Below are positions 25,999 to 35,169 of a DNA stretch of 64,000 nucleotides, in pieces (the first letter of the stretch is position 1; each line of letters starts with the position of its first letter). The DNA is from Escherichia phage RB32. The DNA is taken from sequence record NC_008515.1; one strand, 5' to 3'. Position numbers and translations under genes: made by a program. Below the pieces are notes generated by a model. That model was not told the DNA's origin. It saw only the letters and a program-made list of their open reading frames with translations, and searched no databases.

Positions 25999-26447
25999 TC
26001 AACAATCACAATTTCTAATTTAGAGGAATATGTATCTAAAATCCCCTCAATAATATCCCAGTTCCCTTTACCTATGCCTGCACCAATCCTAGGCATATAG
26101 ATTGTAGGTTTAGTCAGTTTATTTTCACCAAACTCATTTAATTCTAACATACAATTCATTAAAGCGGAATACTCAAAATTTGGCCCTGGTTGAAATTGAG
26201 TATAAAGATTAAAGCAATACGCTTTATGAGTCCTAAAGTATTTTTCATAGACTGAGTAAGAACCGAGTTTAGTTACATCACCACATTCAGTCTGTAATTT
26301 ATCAGCTTCCAAAATTTTAGGGAAAGCTTTGGTTAATTGACCCGCTACACCTGAACCCATAGTATGAAAACAATTGCATCCATGCGCAATATTTTTACCT
26401 TCAGCGAAAAGGGCGACAATATCGCCCTTGATATATTTTACAATCAT
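25980..26447 (-). CDS. Macro-domain protein (ADP-ribose binding/processing fold)
   Basis: 155 aa; GDIVALFAEGKNIAHGCNCFHTMGSGVAGQL aligns with the macro N-x(6)-G-x-G-V-x-G motif; IYMPRIGAGIGKGNWDI aligns with the P-x-I-[SG]-x-G-x-[YG] diphosphate-binding loop. Confidence 0.65.
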   Translation of the reverse strand: MIVKYIKGDIVALFAEGKNIAHGCNCFHTMGSGVAGQLTKAFPKILEADKLQTECGDVTKLGSYSVYEKYFRTHKAYCFNLYTQFQPGPNFEYSALMNCMLELNEFGENKLTKPTIYMPRIGAGIGKGNWDIIEGILDTYSSKLEIVIVDWEPLL

Positions 26448-26791
26448 CTAGTACTCAATCCTCGATTATAAGAATCTACCAAACGGTCAACCATTGAATG
26501 ACAAGCGGCTTTATCTTTCTCCTCCGCAACTGAACATTCTAAGGTATTCCACTTTTTAGCATATCGTTTTAATAATGTATCGTTTTTGTATCTGCTTGAT
26601 TTATCTCTTTCTCCGTCTTTATATGCATATATTAATTTCTGTGCAAATTCAGCTTGGCATGCTTTATTTTTCCCACAATAATCTGCCGCAGTGCGGTTTA
26701 CATATTCTCTAATTTCAGTATATGATGTATCTGCTGACGCAGAAGCAGAAAATGAAATTAATCCTATACATAAAACCAAAATTTTAGTCAT
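26444..26791 (-). CDS. Secreted/periplasmic Cys-containing protein (signal peptide)
   Basis: 115 aa; N-terminal MTKILVLCIGLISFSASASAD signal-like sequence. Confidence 0.6.
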   Translation of the reverse strand: MTKILVLCIGLISFSASASADTSYTEIREYVNRTAADYCGKNKACQAEFAQKLIYAYKDGERDKSSRYKNDTLLKRYAKKWNTLECSVAEEKDKAACHSMVDRLVDSYNRGLSTR

Positions 26792-27329
26792 TTACTATTT
26801 CCAAAAGTTTATTATTTTTAAGGTAATTAGCCTTTTCTAGGACTTCAGAAGCATATTTAGAACCTGCTTTAACATTCCATCCCGAATTATAAGAGGATAT
26901 TGCTTTTCTTATATCGCCCTTATGTATATTTAACCAATAAGAAAGTTCAATGTACGCCCAGGAAGCTGAATTGGATCGTTTATTCAACATTCTTTTTATT
27001 TCAGCATCGGTCATATTATAACCAAGTTCCTTAACTCTTGCTCGCATAGTAGGCAAATAATTTTGGAACATTCCGTAGGCATGATGCTTTGGTTTAGATT
27101 TTAAATTAACTCCGCCAGAGCTTTCTTGCCATAAAATAGCAGCCATTATATGACCTAATCCGCTCTTGTGGATATTTTTATGTGTTTTATATTTTCCATC
27201 CTTAGAAAATTGTTCCCCGAATTGATACGCGTAACGCATGTTATCGAGTTGGACATTACTGAAAGTATGCTCGGAGCTATGTGCCATCATTGAAATGGCC
27301 AATAGACCAGCGAGTAGTGCTTTTCTCAT
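26784..27329 (-). CDS. Soluble lytic transglycosylase-like protein with signal peptide
   Basis: 181 aa; MRKALLAGLLAISMMAHS signal; AILWQESSGG..AYGMFQ resembles the SLT catalytic E-S / GLMQ motifs. Confidence 0.65.
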   Translation of the reverse strand: MRKALLAGLLAISMMAHSSEHTFSNVQLDNMRYAYQFGEQFSKDGKYKTHKNIHKSGLGHIMAAILWQESSGGVNLKSKPKHHAYGMFQNYLPTMRARVKELGYNMTDAEIKRMLNKRSNSASWAYIELSYWLNIHKGDIRKAISSYNSGWNVKAGSKYASEVLEKANYLKNNKLLEIVND

Positions 27330-27336
27330 GCTTACC

Positions 27337-27798
27337 TCATTGAGTTTTAATTACTGCTTTAGAAGCCTTTCCTGGTAAACGACGACTATTGATAATTGCC
27401 ATCCTGCACTGAAGTGACGGGTCTTTGAACTTCGCATTAGGTTTACAAACTGTAAATCCAAGCCAAAGATTTCCATCTGTGATTTCTAAACGTCCAGGAC
27501 GATATTCAACCCCATCAATAAAATCCTCGTCAATGTCAGGACGCGGAGGCATACTCAGGAATTCATTAACTTCTAAAACATGGTCTTTTATTTTATGGAA
27601 TAATTCAAAAACGTATGTCTCATCAATCTCCCGTTGAATTGCGCGATCAAGAAGATGCTGAGAATATTTTAGATGAAACGATGAGACCCCTGCTGCTTTT
27701 GATGCCTCACGAATCTCATTGTTAATTTGACGAAACTCCGACTCAAAGTGACGACGAAGCTTATTTCGACGGATAAAAACTTCTGTATTGATAGTCAT
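27337..27798 (-). CDS. regB: Sequence-specific endoribonuclease RegB
   Basis: 153 aa; MTINTEVFIRRNKLRRHFESEFRQINNEIREASKAAG..; near-identical to T4 RegB as recalled. Confidence 0.9.
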   Translation of the reverse strand: MTINTEVFIRRNKLRRHFESEFRQINNEIREASKAAGVSSFHLKYSQHLLDRAIQREIDETYVFELFHKIKDHVLEVNEFLSMPPRPDIDEDFIDGVEYRPGRLEITDGNLWLGFTVCKPNAKFKDPSLQCRMAIINSRRLPGKASKAVIKTQ

Positions 27799-27823
27799 GT
27801 TATTCTCCTCTTAACTGATAGAA

Positions 27824-27853
27824 AAATTATACCACAGTCAAGAGGAAAAGTAA
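27824..27853 (-). promoter_or_regulatory. T4-type early promoter (-35 GTTTAC, 18-nt spacer, -10 TATAAT) for regB
   Basis: Minus-strand GTTTACTTTTCCTCTTGACTGTGGTATAATTTTTC. Confidence 0.65.
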
Positions 27854-27857
27854 ACAA

Positions 27858-28136
27858 TTATTCTTTAAATCTAATCAATTTATTCATAGACTTTGAAACT
27901 TCTGCACGAACCTCATGTAGATTTTTGAGCTGTTCAAGACGCTGCGTATAGTAAGCAATTTCATCTTCTTCGAGACAGTCCTGTGAATCTTCTTTAAGAT
28001 AACGTGTATAGTCCTGAAAAGCGTTACGAACTACTTCCTGGAAATCATCAAGACTTTGAATTTTCTTAGTAGCAGCAGATACATGACGAGGGGCAGTATA
28101 ATACTCATAACCAAACCCTGCGCTTAATTGAGCCAT
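27858..28136 (-). CDS. Hypothetical protein (92 aa from MAQLSAG; T4 vs.3 position)
   Basis: Trimmed from 106-aa track ORF so that it abuts the upstream gene. Confidence 0.55.
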   Translation of the reverse strand: MAQLSAGFGYEYYTAPRHVSAATKKIQSLDDFQEVVRNAFQDYTRYLKEDSQDCLEEDEIAYYTQRLEQLKNLHEVRAEVSKSMNKLIRFKE

Positions 28137-28402
28137 TAGTATTTTTCCTCTGGTTGGAACACTGCACGACAAGCCCACATACTGGCTTCTTTGAGTTTCG
28201 TTTTAGCAATAGTTAACTGATCGAGGCTTTCGGCGTAATTCTTCACGAGTTCATCATCTTCACAATTATCTAGTGCTTCCCAGAATTCATCATACAAAGC
28301 ATCAAAGATAAGTCCTAAACGAACTTCAGCATCTTTGATAGCATTCACTTTACTGATTTTATCGTCAGTATGTGGCTTATAACCTTTAATGTCTTCAATC
28401 AT
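28136..28402 (-). CDS. Hypothetical small protein at T4 vs.4 position; possible Acb2-family cyclic-oligonucleotide sponge (positional inference only)
   Basis: 88-100 aa ORF, second gene upstream of regB; I cannot confirm sequence similarity from memory. Confidence 0.5.
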   Translation of the reverse strand: MIEDIKGYKPHTDDKISKVNAIKDAEVRLGLIFDALYDEFWEALDNCEDDELVKNYAESLDQLTIAKTKLKEASMWACRAVFQPEEKY

Positions 28403-28616
28403 ATTTGACTTCCTCACCAGTACATAAATCGTATTCAACTAAACGAATAGGTTCATGAATGCCATATCCCTGAACAGAAATTTCTGTCGTAGGATAAATT
28501 CCGTCAATATCACCCATATTCCACGCTTCATTAAATTGCTGTTCGCCTGAATTACTAAACCACTCGGCGAAAGCATTTAGAACATCTTTAGAACCTTCAA
28601 TAATTATCTTTGCCAT
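28395..28616 (-). CDS. Hypothetical small protein (T4 vs.5 position)
   Basis: 73-aa ORF. Confidence 0.55.
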   Translation of the reverse strand: MAKIIIEGSKDVLNAFAEWFSNSGEQQFNEAWNMGDIDGIYPTTEISVQGYGIHEPIRLVEYDLCTGEEVKYD

Positions 28617-28978
28617 TACAAACTCTCGGTGAAGGTACGAGCGATAACGTCGCGCTGCTGTTCCGGAGTCAGAGAGTTAAAGCGAACTGCATAACCGGAT
28701 ACACGGATGGTCAGCTGCGGATATTTTTCCGGATGCTTAACTGCATCTTCCAGAGTTTCACGACGCAGAACGTTAACGTTCAGGTGTTGACCACCTTCAA
28801 TTTTAACTGTAGGCTGTGGCTCAATTTCAATTTCACGGGCATGCAAACCATAGAAAATTTCTGGGTCTACAAAAGAGTCCTCTTTAAAGGTTTTAGAAAC
28901 GATAATTCGTGCTTGAATACCATCTTCAAAATAAATAGTACCTTTATGTGTGCCTTCAAGAATTTGATATGCTTTCAT
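28616..28978 (-). CDS. Autonomous glycyl-radical cofactor (GrcA/YfiD-like)
   Basis: 120 aa; C-terminal [25 protein letters not shown] glycyl-radical motif. Confidence 0.8.
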   Translation of the reverse strand: MKAYQILEGTHKGTIYFEDGIQARIIVSKTFKEDSFVDPEIFYGLHAREIEIEPQPTVKIEGGQHLNVNVLRRETLEDAVKHPEKYPQLTIRVSGYAVRFNSLTPEQQRDVIARTFTESL

Positions 28979-28985
28979 ATAAACC

Positions 28986-29315
28986 TCAATTAGAAAATAA
29001 ATTTATCCAAGATTGTTCTTTAATTAAAAATGGCTCAGAATCATATGCCATTAAACTTTGCGTAATTAATCCTTTAAAAGGTCCATCAATAAATTCCATG
29101 GTAAAATATGGAATTTTATTCATTAGCCGTGCATTAGGAGCCGTGCACAAAACTCTGCATCCTTTGAATACACCTTTTTGTAATTTGTATTGCTTGGGAT
29201 AAAATTCGCTCAAAATGTTATTATTTGCTAAAATTTCAAAATGATTCACCAATTTATTTTTAATAGTTTTTGGCGAAAAATAAAGATATTCGAAAAGCTG
29301 AGTGTCTGTCATCAT
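28986..29315 (-). CDS. Hypothetical protein (109 aa from MMTDTQ)
   Basis: Trimmed from 126-aa track ORF. Confidence 0.5.
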   Translation of the reverse strand: MMTDTQLFEYLYFSPKTIKNKLVNHFEILANNNILSEFYPKQYKLQKGVFKGCRVLCTAPNARLMNKIPYFTMEFIDGPFKGLITQSLMAYDSEPFLIKEQSWINLFSN

Positions 29316-29851
29316 TGCATTCCGATTACGAAAAACTGTGGACGAGTAATACCACCAATACAACATTTAATATTACAGCAGCAGTGTACAGTGTCAATAT
29401 GGACACTATAAATCTTATCCATATCAGGAGATTTGACGGGCTCATCAATTATATACAAAATTCGCGAAAGCGATAAACCTCTGAACTTGCTTCCTTTATT
29501 ACCAATAAAACTGCGCACAGAATCAGTAAATAAACGAAAACGTATATCATCATTAGAATAACGCGAAAATTCCTTTTTAATGTTATTTGCAGAAATTTTA
29601 GCGTAAGCTGAAGTATTAGAAAGAACAATAACTGTTCCGCCATCATACAACCAATTAGCAGCAAAGTTAGTCACAGCAATTGATTTACCGGATTGACGTC
29701 CACCATCTAGTCGAAGTGTGCAATACTGTTTAAGTAAGTCTTCAAATGGTGGAATATAATCGTTTTTACAAATTTCTTCTACTCTAGCATCAGAATGGTG
29801 TGTAAAAGCATTCATCAGGGATAGATAAGGACCAGTTAAAAATGTTCTCAT
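29312..29851 (-). CDS. Small P-loop NTPase (179 aa from MRTFLTGPY)
   Basis: Walker A DGGRQSGKS, Walker B-like ILYIIDEP; start chosen at the Met with GAGAGA Shine-Dalgarno (track start 29899 has none). Confidence 0.6.
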   Translation of the reverse strand: MRTFLTGPYLSLMNAFTHHSDARVEEICKNDYIPPFEDLLKQYCTLRLDGGRQSGKSIAVTNFAANWLYDGGTVIVLSNTSAYAKISANNIKKEFSRYSNDDIRFRLFTDSVRSFIGNKGSKFRGLSLSRILYIIDEPVKSPDMDKIYSVHIDTVHCCCNIKCCIGGITRPQFFVIGMQ

Positions 29852-30004
29852 TTTATTCTCTCTAGGTTTGGGCCATTCCATGGCGCATGAATTGTCCATT
29901 TCTGTATTTACCCATTACCGCACTTGGGCTCGACCTTATTACAGGTTGGCGGGAATCCCTCACAGAATCATGAGGTCCAGCTTGTTCCCATATTTCTTAT
30001 TTGC

Positions 30005-30478
30005 TTATTTGAATGATTTAACGTACTGAATAGAACCTTTACTATTCACGAAAGCGATTTTACCATTTTTATTATACATTGTAGCAGTACGTTGATAGCC
30101 ATAAGTTTGTTTACCAGATTGATAACCAACTAATGCGAAATTATCTTCACCCATTTTATTCTGTTTAGCGCGAATACGTTCATGACCATGTGCCATAAGA
30201 ACCTTAGCATCACCGGTTGCAATGGATCGACGAGTTTTTTCATCTTCAACTGTATTAACAAAGTCGTCAAATGAATCAAATTTAGCATGAGATTTATTAT
30301 ACAGTTTTCCATCTACTGCATAATTATATCCCTGTACATCCATCTCAACTTCTGTACCATCATCCAGTACAGCAGTGATTTTCTGTCCTTTTTTAAATTT
30401 CAAAAGATCAGTAAAAGATTCAGCAATAATTTGAGAATTAATAGCTGCTTCAGTAATAAATTCTTGATATGTTTTCAT
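30005..30478 (-). CDS. Internal head protein (IP family) with capsid-targeting N-terminus
   Basis: 157 aa; starts MKTYQEFITEAA, the T4 IP capsid-targeting sequence with the protease-type site after Glu; own early promoter upstream. Confidence 0.75.
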   Translation of the reverse strand: MKTYQEFITEAAINSQIIAESFTDLLKFKKGQKITAVLDDGTEVEMDVQGYNYAVDGKLYNKSHAKFDSFDDFVNTVEDEKTRRSIATGDAKVLMAHGHERIRAKQNKMGEDNFALVGYQSGKQTYGYQRTATMYNKNGKIAFVNSKGSIQYVKSFK

Positions 30479-30538
30479 GTGTATCCTTTAAATGTAAATA
30501 TTTTAATTAATAATTTATCTCTTCAAGTAACTGTGAAT

Positions 30539-30568
30539 ATACTATCACAATTCTAGAAGAAAGTAAAC
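30539..30568 (-). promoter_or_regulatory. T4-type early promoter (-35 GTTTAC, 18-nt spacer, -10 TAGTAT)
   Basis: Minus-strand GTTTACTTTCTTCTAGAATTGTGATAGTATATTCAC. Confidence 0.6.
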
Positions 30569-30572
30569 AACT

Positions 30573-31545
<973 letters not shown>

Positions 31546-31611
31546 TTTAATTTCCTACAATCACTCACAAACTCTTTCATTGATTCATTTTCAATATAAG
31601 ACATGTAGCTA

Positions 31612-31908
31612 TTATATTCTTTTAATTGTATTTTGTAATCTTTTTTTTTTTCTTTGCCAATTTATTTTAAAATTATCATAATGAAAATATAACATGGTAC
31701 CAAAGAATGAAAATAATGAAATAATTTTAGTATAGTGAAGTTCACTCCAAACTTCTATTATATTTACTGTGCCGTCGATGTTTAAAATAAGACAGTCAAT
31801 TAACAATCCAAAAAGACTACCCGCAAGAGCTGCAGCCAACGCCACAGCAAAAATTAAAAATGACTCAGGAAGCGAATATTTGACTTTATTTAGTTTTGGC
31901 TTTTGCAT
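31612..31908 (-). CDS. Membrane protein
   Basis: 98 aa; FLIFAVALAAALAGSLFGLLIDCLIL hydrophobic segment. Confidence 0.55.
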   Translation of the reverse strand: MQKPKLNKVKYSLPESFLIFAVALAAALAGSLFGLLIDCLILNIDGTVNIIEVWSELHYTKIISLFSFFGTMLYFHYDNFKINWQRKKKRLQNTIKRI

Positions 31909-32303
31909 CGTGATTCCTTAACAAATTTCATAATTTCATCAAATTCATACGCAGCAAGTTTAAGCTGGTGTTCCTTTTTAATCTTTTTACACTGTGCTTT
32001 CCAATCACGTACGCGTTTACGATAATGTCTTCCTTGATACCAGTATCCTACCCAATTTACAGGTACTAATAAAAATGGAACTATTAATGGAAGAATTAGC
32101 ATTAACACAAGTATTTCGCTAGAATCAATATCAGTCATAACATCTAAAACACCTCCAATAATCAATAGAATTACAAATGATATGAGTATAACAGGACCTA
32201 TTAATACATCAGTAGAAATTAGCTGACGCTTTAGTTCATACTTCAAAGGTTTACTTGGAAGGTATAGTGATGGCTTTGACATATTCTCTACATTCCTTAA
32301 CAA
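31890..32303 (-). CDS. Membrane protein
   Basis: 137 aa; two hydrophobic helices (LIGPVILISFVILLIIGGVL; LVLMLILPLIVPFLLV). Confidence 0.6.
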   Translation of the reverse strand: MLRNVENMSKPSLYLPSKPLKYELKRQLISTDVLIGPVILISFVILLIIGGVLDVMTDIDSSEILVLMLILPLIVPFLLVPVNWVGYWYQGRHYRKRVRDWKAQCKKIKKEHQLKLAAYEFDEIMKFVKESRCKSQN

Positions 32304-32859
32304 ATTTTTCTAATAATAAATCACTTTCAAAATTAGGATTTTCTACGAATTTATCAAAAAGATCATCAATAATAGTAAAGATATTCTTTTTACTAAGAAT
32401 ACGTTTATTTTCATGCTTCGTTTCAGAATCAACTATAAGAGTAAAGAAATATTTCTTGCCCTGAAATTTTACCGTAGTATCAATATAGAATAAATTTGAC
32501 TTTTGTAAATTACGTTTAAACCATGCGTCACTTAAACTATAAACACCGAGATAATCATAATCGTCGTTTAAATAACATACTGTCCATTCAGGAGAAATGA
32601 AATCAGTAAATTCAACATCAAAATCACACGTCAATAAATGAATTGATTCAATACTGTTAATAAGTATTCCAGGACGTATTAAAGACTTTTTACCTCTGGA
32701 AAATCTTCCAGAAAGACTTTCATCAGTTTCATATGAAGAACCCCAATAATAATTACGTCCTTCTGCCATACGTTTAAGAGCATTTAGTAATTGGTCTGGA
32801 ACATCAACTTGTCTTTGGAATTCTTCAAACATTGAATTGAAATCACTTTGCATTTTCAT
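32251..32859 (-). CDS. Hypothetical protein
   Basis: 202-aa ORF downstream of a terminator hairpin. Confidence 0.6.
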   Translation of the reverse strand: MKMQSDFNSMFEEFQRQVDVPDQLLNALKRMAEGRNYYWGSSYETDESLSGRFSRGKKSLIRPGILINSIESIHLLTCDFDVEFTDFISPEWTVCYLNDDYDYLGVYSLSDAWFKRNLQKSNLFYIDTTVKFQGKKYFFTLIVDSETKHENKRILSKKNIFTIIDDLFDKFVENPNFESDLLLEKFVKECREYVKAITIPSK

Positions 32860-32880
32860 TCCTATTTACTCCAAGTAATA

Positions 32881-32896
32881 GGGGCCGAAGCCCCTT
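32881..32896 (-). terminator. Stem-loop terminator (UUCG tetraloop)
   Basis: AGGGGC-CGAA-GCCCCT. Confidence 0.6.
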
Positions 32897-32900
32897 ATCA

Positions 32901-33494
32901 TTATTTCAGAGAATTAATATATTCCTGAACATCGGCAGAGGTAGTTTCAACCCCAGAAATATTGCCATTAAAGGTTTCAACTCGAGCAAGAGTATCTTCA
33001 ATATCAACCTTAGTCAGTGCTGCAATTTCAACTACATCATCGGCAGTACTAATTCCAAGTGCATTCGCTGCTCGAGTTTCACGGATATATTCCAATTTAA
33101 CTGCAAGTTCTTGGCGAGCATCATCCAATTCAACTACTTTCTTGGCGATTTCAATTCGCATTTCAGCATACCCATCAGCTTTAGTAGTTAACTGTTCAGC
33201 TGTTCGACGATATAGCAAGCCGAGTTTAGCATGCATTGTTACATCTTGACCTTCGGAAAGAAGCTTGCGAATTTCACGCTCTTTTGATTCGGCCTGCTTA
33301 TTCTTTTCGACAATAAGTTCACGAATACGCTTTTCTTCATTAATAGATTTAACAGAAGCAGTTTTTAGATCTTTAATTTTATCAAGCAATTTTGCTGCTG
33401 CGGCAGTATACTGCTCTTCAACAGATAGATTTTTAGCCATAGCAGAACCAAGTTTAGTGCGAATAAACTCAACAATTTTCTTCAGTGTGTTCAT
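32901..33494 (-). CDS. All-helical coiled-coil protein (PspA/IM30-like architecture, speculative)
   Basis: 197 aa rich in Ala/Glu/Lys/Arg heptad-like repeats; no catalytic motif seen. Confidence 0.6.
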
Positions 33495-33537
33495 AGTATT
33501 TCCTTAGGTTGATTAGAAATTAAAATCTGCAGAAGAA

Positions 33538-34071
33538 TTATATCATGCTACTTAAGAGATGTAAACTATTTTTAATTTTACAAATTCGTTCAGCTTCTTC
33601 AACAGCGGCAGTGATAATGCTTTTAGCTATAGGAGTACTAATATTAGTAGCTTTTACACTTAACACGATTTCTTTATCTTTACCAGGCCAACCCCACGAT
33701 TTTTCACCATGAGTGCCTTTAATTACAGCAGACACCTCAAGTGAGCATCCATTATCGCATGTTTTTACATTAACAACCCAAGTGTCACTTTTCTCAACCG
33801 GTTTATCCCAGTAAATATTAAGAATACGTGGGACATCAAATTTAGCAGGGCAAATCTTAACCGTAAGACCTTCGCTTTCTAGCCAATTAATAAGAGGGCG
33901 TTCATACATGCGGCGATGTGGGCTTTGAACTCGACAAGCTTTGTACCCATTGCTTGCGGCTTCACTAAGCTCTTCTAATACATGCTTTTGCATTATTGAT
34001 AAGATACCATCAAAAGATTTTTCGGAAGTTTCATTCAGTTCGGTATAAAGAGACATAACAGTTTTCCTCAA
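33538..34071 (-). CDS. Hypothetical protein
   Basis: 177-aa ORF. Confidence 0.6.
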   Translation of the reverse strand: MRKTVMSLYTELNETSEKSFDGILSIMQKHVLEELSEAASNGYKACRVQSPHRRMYERPLINWLESEGLTVKICPAKFDVPRILNIYWDKPVEKSDTWVVNVKTCDNGCSLEVSAVIKGTHGEKSWGWPGKDKEIVLSVKATNISTPIAKSIITAAVEEAERICKIKNSLHLLSSMI

Positions 34072-34112
34072 ATTATAGGCTCATAATATCTCAATCATGA
34101 GCCTATGTAAAC

Positions 34113-34388
34113 TTATTTCATATTATTGAAATATTCTTCTGCGATTTCGTCGTTATCATGGTAAACTTTAGAAGACAGTTTAACATAACCTTCAGCAGTG
34201 AACATGTTAATCACAACCTTTACAGTATACCACTGACCATCTTCATTACCCATTACTGCGTAAGTTTCAAACATCGGATGATCAGGACCGATAACTTTAA
34301 TATCATTCACTGTACGACCGAAATCTTCTGAAACACATTTCATAAAGAAGTTGAACAGTTCGCCGTAATTATCCATTTCATTCTCCAA
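34113..34388 (-). CDS. Hypothetical small acidic protein
   Basis: 91-aa ORF immediately downstream of an early promoter. Confidence 0.6.
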   Translation of the reverse strand: MENEMDNYGELFNFFMKCVSEDFGRTVNDIKVIGPDHPMFETYAVMGNEDGQWYTVKVVINMFTAEGYVKLSSKVYHDNDEIAEEYFNNMK

Positions 34389-34419
34389 ATTGTTTTCTGT
34401 ATCAGTAGTTGATAGTTGT

Positions 34420-34449
34420 ATAGTACCATGGAAGAACAGGGATGTAAAC
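34420..34449 (-). promoter_or_regulatory. T4-type early promoter (-35 GTTTAC, 18-nt spacer, -10 TACTAT)
   Basis: Minus-strand GTTTACATCCCTGTTCTTCCATGGTACTATACAACTATCAACTACTGATAC. Confidence 0.6.
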
Positions 34450-34586
34450 AGTTTTGTGAAAAAATTTTTAAAAAGTTTTATGGAATTCTAGGGTCAGGAG
34501 GGACAATTAAAAGGTAGGATAATATATTATAAAGGGTATAAACTAAATGATGCCTAGAGAGACAAGGAAAGGCCTAGATACCAAAA

Positions 34587-34610
34587 AGCCCCAACCTTTC
34601 GGCTGGGGCT
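34587..34610 (-). terminator. Stem-loop terminator downstream of an IP gene; near-identical copy at 35142..35165
   Basis: AGCCCCA(a)CC-TTTC-GG(c)TGGGGCT hairpin. Confidence 0.55.
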
Positions 34611-34617
34611 AAGAATG

Positions 34618-35091
34618 TTATTTGATTTGTTTAGCAGACCAAATGCGGTCTTTAATAATTTTTTGGATGTCTTCAACATACTCAAGAGAGTGAGCATGTG
34701 GGTTATCTTTGAAACTATAAGCACGAGCTAACTTTTGACCTTCAGTTTTGATTACTAAAAGCTCTTTAAGGATAGCTTCATATCTGGAGATAATTCCTTT
34801 AACGATATTTTTCTCTTGTGTGACTTTAGGATCTGCTTTAGGAGCAGGTTTACCTGAAGCCTTTGCAAAAGCAGCTCCAGTAGCAACTAAACTTTTCCAA
34901 GCCATACTAACTGCATTCCCTGTAAATCCTTCGGCTTTCATATCACGAGCAAATTGGAATCGTGATTCATCGGAAGCATCTTTATAGGAATATTTACCCG
35001 CGGCAATGGCTGCTTTTGCGACAGCTTGAATTTCGGTGCTAGATGCTTCATTTAACACCGCTTCATTTAAAAATTGAGCATATGATTTCAT
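34618..35091 (-). CDS. Internal head protein (IP family) with capsid-targeting N-terminus
   Basis: 157 aa; starts MKSYAQFLNEAV; Ala/Lys-rich; flanked by repeated terminator hairpins. Confidence 0.7.
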   Translation of the reverse strand: MKSYAQFLNEAVLNEASSTEIQAVAKAAIAAGKYSYKDASDESRFQFARDMKAEGFTGNAVSMAWKSLVATGAAFAKASGKPAPKADPKVTQEKNIVKGIISRYEAILKELLVIKTEGQKLARAYSFKDNPHAHSLEYVEDIQKIIKDRIWSAKQIK

Positions 35092-35141
35092 CTTATTTCC
35101 TGTTTTAATTCGGGGTTTTAATATACTTATTTATACTAAAA

Positions 35142-35165
35142 AGCCCCAACCTTTCGGTCGGGGCT
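35142..35165 (-). terminator. Stem-loop terminator ending the tRNA-Arg/stable-RNA transcript; repeat of 34587..34610
   Basis: AGCCCCAACC-TTTC-GGTCGGGGCT hairpin. Confidence 0.55.
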
Positions 35166-35169
35166 AAGC

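Noticed and set aside
29852-29899. Longer start (MDNSCAMEW) for the small P-loop NTPase
   Set aside because: No Shine-Dalgarno upstream, whereas the downstream Met at 29851 has GAGAGA at the right spacing.
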